Translations under genes and position numbers: made by a program
Shown: piece by piece, positions 28,670 through 42,033 of the stretch
How the letters are laid out: each line of letters starts with the position of its first letter
Position numbering within the stretch: the first letter of the stretch is position 1
Source of the DNA: Eledone cirrhosa
Lineage: Eukaryota
DNA: 64,000 nucleotides
Direction of reading: 5' to 3'
Assembly (NCBI GenBank): GCA_964016885.1
Contig: OZ024743.1
Coordinates: 176,700,001 to 176,764,000, forward strand
Notes under the pieces: model-generated
Seen by the model: only the letters and a program-made list of their open reading frames with translations
Databases searched by the model: none
What the model was told of the DNA's origin: nothing

Positions 28670-29239
28670 TTTATAGTATAGGATTGAAATTAATCTTATT
28701 TTAATCCACTTTTATAATGCTGCTAATCCCTTTTAGTTAATTAATTAAATTAATTTCACGTTCAGTTTTTAAATATTTTCTAAGATTTTGTGAGCTCTCT
28801 CTAGCTTCTATGTCTTCTCATTAATAGCTATTTAACTTTATACTGAATAACTATAGCTATATCACGTGGATTTCATAACATTACGTCTTTCTGTAATAGC
28901 TGTTCAGTCTAGATATTATTTTCCAACACAAGAACATTCATTAGAGATTTTTTGAAATAGCTATCAATTAGTATATCTTATGACTTCTTCTGTACTGTTT
29001 CTATATACTATAACTTATGACTGGTTAGCTAAAGAGCTATGTGAGACTTGAGTGGCTAATTAATTATGTTGATTAGCTAATATTCGTAATCAAACCGAAA
29101 CCGCGGTTAGGTAAATTATGATGGTAAAATATGTTTTCCTTAAATATGTTATGTTTGCTATATTCTTAATAGTAATATACGATTGTATTGTACCGATAGG
29201 AGTCCAGCAGAAAGAGAACTTGCTTCGAAAGAACTAGAC

Positions 29240-29325
29240 GCGCATCTGAGGAACTTGCGAATCCAGAGTCAGGTTCGATCCACAAACAGATCGAGCTGTT
29301 CGCTGGAGAAACAACTGTAATACGT
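29240..29325 (+). ncRNA. Type I hammerhead ribozyme, paralog of 23600
   Basis: GCGCAT-CTGAGGA-ACTTGCGAA..TTCGCTGGA-GAAA-CAACTG-TA-ATACGT; tail ends in (TA)n. Confidence 0.65.
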
Positions 29326-29379
29326 AATAAATTGTGTTCCGATGCATCACTGATTCTTCGTTTTCCATATTATATATAT

Positions 29380-29448
<69 letters not shown>

Positions 29449-29613
29449 CATGAGACGATCATACACAAATTTCGAAGTCATTGTCGTTTTGGTACACAGA
29501 ATTTAGGGCCTATCCACAATTATAGATTGCTCATTCAATTAATGATTGAATGTATTAAATAGTACAGTATTAAGAAAACACACACGCATCATGCACGCAC
29601 GCACACGCACAAG

Positions 29614-29758
<145 letters not shown>

Positions 29759-30002
29759 CCAGCGTGAACCTAATATAACTGTGTGCAATTCCATCCTATG
29801 TTGGGTTCGTTCATTTTCAACTATATATATATATTAATTTATATTAACTTGTATTACACGGCTCAGAAATACTTCTTTCTTTGAGCTATTTCATTGTAAA
29901 GGACTACCTGAGATTTGAACTAATTATTAATAGTATATATATATATATGCATTTACATTTACATATGCATATATATATATACGCACACATATGTATATAT
30001 GG

Positions 30003-30035
<33 letters not shown>

Positions 30036-30085
30036 TAAACAAATAATGAACAAACAATTCCTTATATTAAACAAAAAAAGTTCAC

Positions 30086-30230
30086 TATTTAACGATCGTT
30101 TCTAGGGTATATATGTGTTATAATTGGTATGCATATTTAACAGATCTATGTACAAAATTATACAAAATTATACAAATTATCAAGATTAAATATACATACC
30201 TAACTCATATATACGCCGTCTTCAGAAATA
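30086..30230 (-). ncRNA. Type I hammerhead with very long helix II (mirror copy)
   Basis: Reverse complement of 30233-30377. Confidence 0.7.
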
Positions 30231-30232
30231 AT

Positions 30233-30377
30233 TATTTCTGAAGACGGCGTATATATGAGTTAGGTATGTATATTTAATCTTGATAATTTGTATAATTTTG
30301 TATAATTTTGTACATAGATCTGTTAAATATGCATACCAATTATAACACATATATACCCTAGAAACGATCGTTAAATA
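30233..30377 (+). ncRNA. Type I hammerhead with very long helix II
   Basis: TATTT-CTGAAGA-[116 nt: GTATATATG/CATATATAC and GGTATGTATATTTAA/TTAAATATGCATACC stems]-GAAA-CGATCG-TT-AAATA. Confidence 0.7.
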
Positions 30378-30692
30378 GTGAACTTTTTTTGTTTAATATA
30401 AGGAATTGTTTGTTCATTATTTGTTTAATATTTTATCTTGACTCTGTATACCGTTTATCTTTCACCGAAAGTGGATTTTCATTACATCTCTTCTTTCCAT
30501 GATATCCGGAATACATTGAGTTCTTCATACGGATTGGACACTACCGTAAACTCTTGGTAGATTTATCTACATATATATATATATATATATATATACATAA
30601 ATATGTATATATGTGTGTGCGTGTCTTGCATGTGTGTGTGTCTCGTGTGTGTGTCTCGTGTGTATGTGTTGCGTGTGTGTGTGTGTACATTT

Positions 30693-30783
<91 letters not shown>

Positions 30784-31586
30784 CACTCTCTCATATAAGA
30801 CGATTTTATTGAGTAAGTTGATTAATTTTTTATTAATTTGCCATATGCCAATACGTCAATACGCCAATACTGTACTAACCAATGAATCATATAAACGTGT
30901 ACGACCATCCATTGTCTCTTAGAATTCAAAAGACCTGATTTACTTATTTATTTCACCATTTATTGATTTTATTGGAATGATAGTATTTAAACAACACCAT
31001 CGACGTTTTAGCTGAATACATTCAAAGATTGTACATCAGATTCAGTATTTGGTAAAGGTAGACAAGAGCTGGACTTTTCTAAAAGAGTTAATTTAATGGC
31101 TGAGTTTAATAATTGACGAATGAGGCGGAATTAGCCATTTATGTGTCTGGTTACGATTAGTGTTGTGCTAGGATAGATGGACGCAATGTAATTTGATTTG
31201 TCTTGTGTATCGAAATGAAAGCCTTGCTACCTATATTATATTAACCATACACAACCAATATATGTATATATATTTTTAACTTCTTAAAACACACATAGGG
31301 ATATATATGTATAAAATTGTCGTTTTGGAAGCCTCAACAATGCAGATGGGTAAATCTCCGGATAATAAAATCAGGTGGTATTGACAGAGGGAGAAGTAAG
31401 AGGAAGCCTAGAAAGAGACGTAGAGAGCGCAAAAGACCGTAAGAAAAGTGTAAAGAATAAAACGGGATAGAGTTACCTTGGGAGCGATTTAATAGCCCCT
31501 ATATTTCTGATTTTTTAGTCCGACGTGTTGTTACTCTCACGGACCAGTACTCATATGAGTAGCATATCAATGGAAAATTACATCTC

Positions 31587-31649
31587 GATTGTCTGAAGAG
31601 AACGTGTAAGGTGGTTATTATATACATCTTCGAAATACGTATAACGAAC
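31587..31649 (+). ncRNA. Type I hammerhead ribozyme
   Basis: GATTGT-CTGAAGA-GAA c GTGTA..TACAT c TTC-GAAA-TACGTA-TA-ACGAAC; palindromic ATACGTAT; extra flanking pairing ATCTC/GAGAT. Confidence 0.72.
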
Positions 31650-31974
31650 TAGAGATAAAATGAAGATGTGCGAATAAAAACCGTCTCTCCTATTTATTAT
31701 ATATAGATATGCATAGTGTCCGCTCTGAAATGCAACTTCCAGCCGATCAACTGCACACAGAGAGTGTGAATTATAGCCTGAGGTTACTAGAATATATTCG
31801 GTAACTTTCGTAATCTATATATAGAGATTATCTAAACGTTCTTCTTTTCTGGTTTAGGACTGGTTCAATACATTGAAACAAATTATTTTTCTTTCCAGCA
31901 AGCTTGAAACTTATAAAATTTGGTGTTATTGCAGATCTGTTCGTCTCGCTTACCTTGGATTATTTATATATATA

Positions 31975-32828
31975 CTAGCAACATGGCCTGGCGTTGCTCG
32001 GAATTCTAAACATAGTTGGCATATTTATCCCTCCTTTCTGAAACAGTACAGAGAAGTACGGAATACCTCGGCCTGGGGGATGGTGTCTACATTTTGTGCT
32101 TATAAAACAAATTCGTCGTAGATTACCAAGGGTTTAACTTAATTGGGTGCGTGAGAGTAAAATGTTCAACCCACGAAAGCCAAGACGATAGGGTTAAGTA
32201 AAAAGGCATTCGACAAACCGAACATGTATTTGTTGAGCTATGGTACAATGAAAACAATAGTTACAGAGCAGTAAGCATGTGGGACTGCAGTGGTGGAGAG
32301 CACGAACGAATTTATTTGGATACTTTAAGGTTACAGGCCCTAACGCAACCAAAATGCTAAACAATGCGGTCCCCGGGCAAAAATTTGATATCTTTTTCAG
32401 TCAAGAAAATGTGTTAAACATAAGTAATGCATATGCAAAGTTTTTAAAAAATCGGTTGGGTACTTCTCGAGTTACAGGCACTAACGAAACCAAAATGCTT
32501 TTAAAAATCGGTTTTTCGCCTAATGCGGTCTCTTGGGCAAAAAATGAGAAAATCTTTTTTGCTCAAAACACTTTAAACTACATAAGTAATGCAAATTTTG
32601 AAGAAATCACCTGGATTATTGTTCCTTTATGCGTCTAAAAAGCCTTTAAAGCCTAAAATATGCGGTTTTTCGCCTAATGCATTGAAAATTTAACATATTT
32701 TTTCTCTCAAAACACTCACACGACCATAAGTATTACATGTGTAAAGTTTGAAAAAAATCGGTTGGGTGCTTCTCGAGTTTTAGGGAGACAGACAGACAGA
32801 CAGACATTCTCTGTTTTAGATATATAGA
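31975..32828 (-). mobile_element. Non-autonomous Helitron-type element
   Basis: Minus-strand 5' TCTATATATCTAAAA..(GTCT)n, 3' CCGAGCAACGCCAGG..CTAG, inserted between A and T; internal ~80-nt direct repeats. Confidence 0.75.
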
Positions 32829-33463
32829 TAAAACCATATTCTGGAAAGTACTCGATACGTGTGAAAGTAGAGTGTAGGTATAGCTAAAAGTTAGTGACCG
32901 ATGGCTGAGCTCATGCCGTTCCAAAGGCGAGTGACTAACTGAATTATTTCTTCATTTTCAGCTATTTCTTCAGGGACGGGGAGGTGTAGGGTAAGTAGAG
33001 AAAAAAGTGTAGTTGGGGGAAGAGAGGGAAAAGTTATAGAGTGAACTACTGGAGGGTGGCTTTGGCCGATAGTTTCATAGTCATGAAGGGTCTGTTATGA
33101 TGCCTGTGTCCGTGTGCGCAAGCGCACTCCTGGTGCTTTGATTTATGTATATTTCCTCACTCCACCTCTTTGTGTATGTGTGTATGCTTGTATGGCATGG
33201 CTGAGTGGTGCGTAGGTATCCTTGTCAAGCGCATCAGCGTGTGGATGGGTCCGGTCGTTCGTCTGTGTCTGTGTTTATTTGTTGTGTAGTTGTGTGTTCG
33301 ACGTTGGAACGGCATGAGCTCAACCGCCGGGCACTAACATTTTACTATAGCTGCACTCTACTTTCCCAAGTATCGAATATAGTCTTATTAGTCTAAACTG
33401 TTAACTGCCGATTTATCTATCTATGTATAAGCAAAATTAATCAATTGTGTTTACGAATCATAA

Positions 33464-33530
<67 letters not shown>

Positions 33531-34449
33531 GAAAATAATATTATGCAATCGATCTGGATATAACTGTGATATGGCAGTTTTCATTTTTTTCTTTCCTCTG
33601 AATGATTGTCCGAGGCGTTGACAAAATAATTTTAATTGAAAGATATATTGCAGAGTGATTGAGTAGCAATAAATGTGGAGTGTCTGACACACTAGTAACA
33701 TCTAGGGCAGACATTCTGAACATGGGACGCCATGCTCTCTTAGGGAAGTATGGCATGGCCCCTGAACACACGATAGAACTGGTCATTTATATTTGGTTGA
33801 GCTGATCCCCTTCCAAGTGTAAACCAACTGATTTTTTTTTTGCTTGTTTTTTCCATTACTAATACTATCTGCCGATTTCAAATCCCGACAGAAGAAGAAC
33901 GAGAAATAAAGTAATTTATTCTAGAATACAACACATCACTCGGTCAATCTTCCTTGTCTTGTATGTAGGTATGGGGACATGTAACTTTTGATGGCTTTGC
34001 AAAGGGTGCTGAAATGACATACAATATGCCTGGGTATTTTTTAACCTGGCGTATCCTGCCTCCTCATTGGGTCTGAACACAACCGATTTCGTTTAGAGAA
34101 TGAGAGAGAGAACGAAATAAAGAATAAAGAGGAAGTGTGAAAGTTATAAGAGATATAAGGGTGGAATCGAGCACAGTACTTGACTAGTACTTTGTTTATC
34201 GGAATTATCATCACAAGGCATTTTAGTTAACGTTGTAATGCCTCTACTAATTCGTTGTCTCCTTGTCTTTATCACACCCCACATTCTCACCAAGCGTTAA
34301 ACTATTAATATTTGTAACATTTACTCCTGCGTTTGTTTGTTTTTTGCTATTCCGATATGCAAATGAGATTAAATCACCTCATTTACACAGACGAGAAAAC
34401 TATATGTCTCGGCTGTTTTCAAGTCCAGCATTCGCAAGCGGTGGGAGGG

Positions 34450-34493
34450 ATCGTCCTGACGAAGGCCAGTTAAGCCTGAAATGCATAGACGGT
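34450..34493 (+). ncRNA. Type I hammerhead ribozyme
   Basis: ATCGTC-CTGACGA-AGGC cagttaa GCCT-GAAA-TGCA-TA-GACGGT; palindromic ATGCAT; helix I extendable via GCAAG/CTTGC. Confidence 0.82.
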
Positions 34494-34603
34494 TGTCCCC
34501 CTTGCTTCTGCTAGACATCACCAGAGGGCGTTAGCCCTCAGGTGTTTGCATAGCTACGGCTTCCTAAAACCGTATTTCTTTAGAAATACGAAATTTCTAT
34601 ACA

Positions 34604-35945
34604 TCTATACTATAATGCTGACGGCTATATGTAGGTAACAAACTTTCCGCCAAACGGCTGGACCAAACAGCACCAATTTTGCACCATAGATGTAACTTTT
34701 TCCAAGTAAAAAAGTGAGAGTATTTTTGTCTACTGAATTTTGTTAAAAGATTAAAGACATTATTTAAATATTCACTTCTTTAAAATTTCAAATGTCAACA
34801 CTTCCGGTTATACGTAATTCCTCACTTTTTCTTTTGAAGTCGCACAACATTCCCCTCTTTTTCTGTATGTCTGCTGTCTGCATTAGATAACGTTTTTCGA
34901 AATATTCGAAATATTTACTTCTGCGTTCACAGACTGATTTTTTTAGTTTCAGAAGATCCCGTTAAGGGTGAAAGCAGCGTTTTTTGCTTAAACATTAATC
35001 TGTTATTTTAATATATATATTCGTGTACAGATATTTTTGCTTACACAAAAACAAAAACCTATTTATTTCACGAAAGCACAGACGGGTTATCGTCATTGTT
35101 ACTGATCGAGGTTAGAGGACCAGTCTTTCCAAGATCTGAGAACCATCAATGGCCATCAATGTTCCACTTACCAGATGCGTGGTATGTTACACGATGACAG
35201 TCATTGGCACCTCACCCTGCAAGAAGCAGCAACTGCTAAAGTCTATTCTCAGCTGCGAAAACCTTTTGCTATTATGCTGCACAACTGCGATCTCGCCGAC
35301 TCTCTCGCACTGTGAAACAACCACAGCGAAAGTCTGGCTGAGGACATCCTCCACCGCACACGCTGACACAATCCGAACGTAACATACGATGTCGTTTTCA
35401 GTGAGGGGCTCATTTGTCTTGAAAATAGTGTCCTGGAGATTGGTGGTAGGCCTCTCAGTCACTACAGCTTACCTGCTCCTGACAGGAGTGTCGAGAGGTC
35501 AACGTCTACAGAGCTTCTCCGCGAGACGAGCCACGAGATCAGTGATTTTCCCATGGTCAATTGTATGTAGGATCCTCTAGGGTGAGCTCACCGAACAATC
35601 TCTTCATCTTTGATCCGGAGGGCCGAACAAAAAATATTGTTTACGCTGAGGCTCTAACAATGTAATTTAAACATTTTCTGTTACTTGAAATTTTTATTAT
35701 GGTTGTACAAATTATTGTTTCTTAAAAAGTCTGTTCTCTGTTCAGCCTTTATTGTTGTAACTATCAATTTTCTTTAACGTACTGGCTGCTGAACTGGGGA
35801 ATCCTAAACACTATTCAAACCCAACATCAGAGTACGTTAATCCCCCCCCCTTACTGTGAGAGGGCGTGCGGTATAGGGGAACCTGAAAAGATAAAATGCC
35901 GATATACCTAGCCGGGCGCCAGCAGGACGGGCCAGAAAGCTATGC
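34604..35945 (+). mobile_element. Internally deleted Helitron
   Basis: A|TCTATACTATAA 5' end. RepHel relics LRTINGHQCSTYQ and LQEAATAKVYSQLR.. are spliced onto the Pif1 helicase C-terminus FSHGQLYVGSSRV..RTKNIVYAEAL (about 35547-35657). GC-rich degenerate 3' hairpin; right end approximate. Confidence 0.75.
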
Positions 35946-35988
35946 TTGAAGCGAAATATTATTTCTTTTTTCTCTCTCTCTCTATATA

Positions 35989-36083
<95 letters not shown>

Positions 36084-36143
36084 TCAGATATATATATATA
36101 TATATAATATATAAGAACAAAAGATGGTTAAAAGAGTTCCATG

Positions 36144-36214
36144 TATTTTATTATGCGCATTTCAAAAACAAATATCATCATGCAATAATATTTGTGTTTT
36201 CATCAGATAAAACA
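36144..36214 (-). ncRNA. Type I hammerhead ribozyme
   Basis: Minus strand TGTTTTAT-CTGATGA-AAACACAAATAT..ATATTTGTTTTT-GAAA-TGCGCA-TA-ATAAAATA; palindromic ATGCGCAT; tail ends in (TA)n. Confidence 0.8.
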
Positions 36215-37072
36215 GGAAGACATGATATGAAGGTTAAAAAACACTTGTGGATAGTGCAGTTTTAAATCAACATATGAAAAGTAGTTTTAGATTGATGTGT
36301 GATGTTTGGAAAAATATTTTATTTTGAGGGGGGGGGGATGAAAAAGAGGAGGAGATGAGAGTAAAAAGTGGAGATGGAGGAGTATAATGAGGAAGGATGA
36401 GATAGGAGGAGAGATGGGTGATAGAGAGAGAGAGATAGCTTTTATAACTGAGAAAAATATATTGTTTTACATAGAGAGGTTGAAAAACCGTTGGAAGATA
36501 ATGTATAAATTAAAAGAATTTGAAAATTAACGAAGAGAAAAATAATGTAAAGTTAAGGTTTGTATATTGAAGGGTTTAATAATATGTGCGATGAAAAGAA
36601 ATTGTTAATATGTATTAATAATAATATTTAAGGGTTTAATAATATGTGCGATGGAAATGTTGATATGTATTATTAGAACAACAAGTAATTTAAGTAAGGA
36701 TATATTGTGAGATGAGCATGAATAAGTTAGATGAAAGGGAGAAAAAAATAATGAATTGAGGATGAATAATCTAATGTCAAAAAAATGTTTATGTTTACGA
36801 AGGATTTTTACAAGGTGATATAGAGTAAGAATGTATTGTATTATGTAATAATTGTTTCTATGTTAGGCAACAGTGAGAAAAGGTACAGATTAGGGGTTAG
36901 ACATTAAAAGAAAAGGAGAAGAAAGGGAAGTAATAAATAGGGGTGATATAGAATGAGTAACAAGTATTATATAATGTTATATATTATAAAGTATTATATA
37001 TTATAAAGTATTATATCTGCATTGCTTTATTGTACTACAATAAAACTCACCTCCTACATATATATATATATA

Positions 37073-38122
37073 GAATAAGGAAAAGCGAAGTAGTTTCAGA
37101 TGTTCAAGTCCTTTAATAATAATGCTGTGATATACATTTCAATGGCGACACTGGCCACACTGTTCTGTGTGCGAGTATCGTGACATCATATTATTGTTAC
37201 ATAATATGGTTATGTTTCCGAGGCAATCCAAATTGAATCGACATGGGAACGGATTAAATGCGTGCTTTTGGGTTTATCACCCGTTCCCCTGTGAGTACCA
37301 ATTCACCCCCACCGGTCTGCGCGTGCGCATGTCAGAAGGAAGTTGACCATTGGCTACCGCAGATTTTACCGAAATTCGCTTAGTCATTTCAGCCTCTCAG
37401 TGACGCAATGGCCCGTACCGTAGTTTACTGCTACCCATCACGACTGTGGTAGTCAGTCGAAAGCCAGAGGGGTGGGAGAGTGTTAGTTTTTACAGGTCAT
37501 AATACTACCTCTCACCTAGCGTGGACAGTACGACTGACCTTCAACTCAAAGGGAAAATAAACTTAATTCTAAGTATCATGATTTTACATTGTAAGTTAAG
37601 AGTGAGAGTTGGAAATAAAAATTAAAGTCCTAAATCAAGTATCAGAAATTATAAATCAAACAATTAAAAAATTAACAATTAGTAATTAAAAGTTAGAAAT
37701 TTGTTTTCCTCCAGTGAGAATTCGGATTGAGGTGAGTAAAAAAATATAGATTGAAGTGAGTAAATAATATGGAGAGAGATGTTTAAGTAAGAAGTTCTGA
37801 GAGGGGTTCTAGTGTCACAGTTACTCTATCCACATATTGAACGACAGTGCCGTACATTAGAACAGAGGGTAAGCTACAGCGTTCAAGGCATTAGTCAATC
37901 TGGTACAGTCATAATTTCCATCACATGGAACAATACCAAAGAAAAACAGACATAGAAGAAAAAATGCAAAAACACAGAGTACATATATGCAAAATGATCC
38001 ATATAATGGTCAAAATGATCCAAATGATGGTCTACTTCGCTTTTCCTTATTCGATATTTACTCCGTCACTCCTATGTGGAAAAAGTACGTTGAGTGCTTG
38101 AATTGAATTGCATCAATATTTA
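37073..38122. mobile_element. Inverted-arm repeat, same family as 51296-51730
   Basis: 21-bp perfect IR 37073-37093 / 38032-38052; right arm continues 70 nt matching the reverse of 51296-51375; shared GTTTCCGAGGCAATCCAA. Confidence 0.65.
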
Positions 38123-38151
38123 CCCTAATAATATATATATATATATATATA

Positions 38152-38262
38152 TAACGAAGGAAATGTGGTAAGGAACCAGGTGGACCATAACGCACCAAAG
38201 TACTCAATGCTTGCAGAATTAGCCTCGAAACGGCTTGAGCTCAGCTGTCGGGGTCTTACTGG

Positions 38263-38313
<51 letters not shown>

Positions 38314-38474
38314 CGAAGGAAATGTGGTAAGGAACCAGGTGGACCATAACGCACCAAAGTACTCAATACTTGAGGTAGTAGAGTGGGTAATAGGAACCAG
38401 TAAGACCCCGACAGCTGAGCTCAAGAATTAGCCGTCGAAACGGCTTGAGCTCAGCTGTCGGGGTCTTACTGGTT

Positions 38475-38477
<3 letters not shown>
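38152..38477. mobile_element. Two further inverted insertions of the 20667 short element, each bounded by (TA)n
   Basis: 38152-38265 and 38311-38477 each join a minus-orientation 3' portion to a plus-orientation portion starting at (G)AATTAGCC. Confidence 0.8.
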
Positions 38478-38550
<73 letters not shown>

Positions 38551-38654
38551 GTATTGATTGTTAAACCTTGGTGATATATTTCTCACGTATATATATATAT
38601 ATATATACGTGAGAAATATATCACCAAGGTTTAGCAATCAATACATTATTTATT

Positions 38655-38725
38655 TTGTTTACATATGTTTCATTCTCCAAAGAATAATATTGTCAATACC
38701 CCTGTGGAGAAATCATCAGAATCAA
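38655..38725 (-). ncRNA. Type I hammerhead ribozyme (bulged helix I)
   Basis: Minus strand TTG(A)TT-CTGATGA-T-TTCTCCA..TGGAGAA-T-GAAA-CATATG-TA-AACAA. Its tail is mirrored tail-to-tail across (TA)n at 38548-38648. Confidence 0.68.
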
Positions 38726-38805
38726 TAACATATAGAAGGCATTTATTTACTGACCATGTGTATGCGCACCATCCTGGTTGAAGCGAGAAAATCTAAATAA
38801 ATAAT

Positions 38806-38949
<144 letters not shown>

Positions 38950-39276
38950 GGGAGTTGATAGTGGTGGCGATGGTAGTGGTGGTGGATATGTTGTCTACGT
39001 TTGACCATACGATCTAGATTTCTTTAAGCTTATTGCTATTCTAAATTTGACAACTATCAGAAAATTCAATAGCAATTCTTTTACACTGTAAACACGAGAA
39101 TCTGATTATATATTTATTTATACACACACACATATATATATATATATATAAATATATATATAACCGTTCATATATATATATATGTATGTATGTATGTATA
39201 TATATATATTTATGTGTGTGTGTGGGTGCGTGGCTGTGCGTGTGTGTCTGTGTGTCTTCATATATATATACAAGGT

Positions 39277-39316
<40 letters not shown>

Positions 39317-39320
39317 AGGT

Positions 39321-39360
<40 letters not shown>

Positions 39361-39413
39361 GAGCCACACGGGGAAAGTGAAAATACAAATAGATTATAGA
39401 TGGGTAAATGATT

Positions 39414-39812
39414 AAATGTAAGTATGTATACATGTATTTATGTAAGTATGTATACATGTATTTATGTAAGTATGTATACATGTATTTATGTACGTATGTA
39501 TACATGTATTTATGTAAGTATGTATACATGTATTTATGTAAGTATGTATACATGTATTTATGTACGTATGTATACATGTATTTATGTAAGTATGTATACA
39601 TGTATTTATGTACGTATGTATACATGTATTTATGTAAGTATGTATACATGTATTTATGTAAGTATGTATACATGTATTTATGTACGTATGTATACATGTA
39701 TTTATGTACGTATGTATACATGTATTTATGTAAGTATGTATACATGTATTTATGTACGTATGTATACATGTATTTATGTAAGTATGTATACATGTATTTA
39801 TGTAAGTATGTA
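39414..39812. repeat. 24-bp minisatellite TATGTA(A/C)GTATGTATACATGTATT
   Basis: About 16 units differing only at one A/C position. Confidence 0.93.
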
Positions 39813-39994
39813 TGGTTTCGCAAACATAAAAATACATACAGAGAGCTACGCACATACATATATTGAAACAGATAATTATAAATAGATATAAATGCAAAAA
39901 CGTTTAAAAAGGCCATTATGCTAACTATTGTTACATACATACACACACGCGCGCGCGCGCGCGTGTGTGTTATTATCATTATTTAATGTCTATA

Positions 39995-40135
39995 CAGCAT
40001 AGTTACGTCCCTTTACGATCAGAGTTCAAATCCCGCCGAGGTTGACTTTGCCTTTCATCCTTACGGGGTCGATAAAATAAAGTACCAGTAATGCACTGGT
40101 AATTGCTGGCCTTGTGCCTAAAGTAGAAACAATTA
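39995..40135 (+). mobile_element. SINE (5'-truncated)
   Basis: GAGTTCAAATCCCGCCGAGG B box, conserved central domain, GTAGAAACAATTATT tail. Confidence 0.8.
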
Positions 40136-40377
40136 TTTAATGTCTATACGGACGTCAATTCTATATAAGTCGTTAAATATTGCTTTATTCTGTACTTAAA
40201 ACGAGATAACTTAATTTTCTATGAAACAGAAAAATGTAATATTAGAGGCAATTTTCCAGTAACACAGTTATAAATATTCTTACGATATTCAATTGGATTA
40301 ATGTTGCATAGACACAGACGGCATTCACAATAGATTATGTTTGTCTTCTCTTCCCCCACCCCTACTTTCTCTCTCTT

Positions 40378-40413
<36 letters not shown>

Positions 40414-41246
40414 ATATATATATATATGAAATTATAGTCGAGAAATCGAACTCCGCATCTCTCAGATGATAGGTAGGTGCGTTAACCACATCGCTAAAGA
40501 ACCTCTGGCTAATAATTCCGTATTCTTAGATTTTAAGCTTGTCGCTAGAAAGAAGCATTGGAGAGATTTCAAGTTTGAAACGTACTCAACCCAGCACAAT
40601 TGACAATAATAGTTGTCTTTTATTGGATTTCATGTGTAAATTGCAAGATAAACAATTGAATTTCTATTTAATGATAGGCAAACTGGGATAACAATCAATT
40701 AAAAAGAAAATTAAGTAATGAAAAAACGAGGATGGGGCAAAGAAGGGCAGATCTGGAAAGAACTATAAATGCCATAAATGAGAAGAAAGGGAGGAAAAGA
40801 GCAAGGAATATTAGGCAACGGAAGTAAGAGGGGTGAGGGTGAGGATGACAAACTCAATGCCTAGGTTGGGGTGATGTTTATGGGTTTTTCTTTACTTTTC
40901 GCACAAAGCCAGTAATTTGAAGTAAAGAAGGAAGTTGAATAAATCTACCTCAATATGTTATTCGTAATTTATTCATCGACTTCGTGAAGATGAAAGGCTA
41001 AATTAACCTCGGTGGAATTTGAACAAAGAACGTAAGGGGACGTATCACTATGCCGTAAATCTATACTCTCAATCGACTGATCATTATAAAGAATAGTCAC
41101 ATTAAGAAACTCTGGTACAAAGTGGACAGTGATTCCTCAGACATTTAAGAAATGCGGGGTTCGATTCCACGTAGGTGCCTCTGTCCACAAATTTCAGTCT
41201 CCAGGTGTACATTACCCGATTTACCGCAACCATTATACATAGTGAT

Positions 41247-41577
41247 CGCTAGTATCGGTAGAGGGTTGGACGCCATGCTTTGCAGCACAGTTACGTCCCT
41301 TTACGGACTGAGTTCAAATCCCGCCGAGGTTAACTTTGATTTCATCCTTACAGGGGTCGATAAAATAAAGTACCAGTAATACACTGGGATAATTGCTGGC
41401 CTTGTGCCAAAAGTAGAAACAATTATTATTATTCGTTCTGAATTCCAATTGCGCCGAGGTTAAATTTGCCTTTCATCCTTACGAGGTCAGTAAAATAAAG
41501 TACCAGTAATGCACTCGGATAATTGCTGGCCTTGTGCCAAAAATAGAAACAATTATTATTATTATTATTATTATTAT
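41247..41577 (+). mobile_element. Two tandem SINE copies ending in (ATT)n
   Basis: Same family motifs at 41247-41430 and 41440-41555. Confidence 0.8.
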
Positions 41578-41978
41578 TTGCATTTATCTTGCTTTATGTT
41601 CATACGAGTTATCACCAAGTCACAACCAGTGACCTCAAGAGACAACAAGGTCCGCCATGTTCAAGAAAGAACATACATACTCACACATGCATCCTTAGTG
41701 TTTAGACTTGTGATGTACTTATATTGACAGGATCTTCCTTAGTATATGGGCAGTTCCCATTAGTACTATCTTTTGTATTTCTCCTATACGCGGGTTTCCT
41801 GGGATTTGCGATAAGTAGTCGTTAGACCCCTTAGGTATCATTCCCAGAGCGCCTACAACCACTGGTATTGTTTTAGTTCTCAATTTCCACATTTTTCCAA
41901 TTTCTATCTCCAGGTCCTTATACTTGCTCAATTTTTCAAATGTTTTTATAGATACATTCTTGTCTATTGGAACAGACA

Positions 41979-41979
<1 letters not shown>
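41578..41979 (-). mobile_element. R4/Dong-like (RLE) LINE 3' fragment in (TAA)n
   Basis: ORF 41719-41979 EKLSKYKDLEIEIGKMW..IPVVVGALG..IQKIVLMGTAHILRKIL is the C-terminus of a restriction-like endonuclease LINE; (TAA)n on both sides. Confidence 0.85.

Positions 41980-42033
<54 letters not shown>

Larger units (their letters stand above)
30027..30436. repeat. Perfect zero-spacer palindrome (205-bp arms), HHR on each arm
   Basis: Symmetry axis between 30231 and 30232 (GAAATAA|TTATTTC). Left end in (TA)n; right arm continues to (TA)n at about 30570. Confidence 0.92.

Noticed and set aside
33915-34071. Possible minus-strand host exon (and another near 27741-27790)
   Set aside because: Plausible AG/GT sites and short open frames, but no recognisable protein; needs RNA-seq.
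40436-40505. tRNA-like sequence on minus (also near 41110-41180 and 54670-54732)
   Set aside because: A/B-box-like motifs only, no complete cloverleaf; more likely SINE heads.
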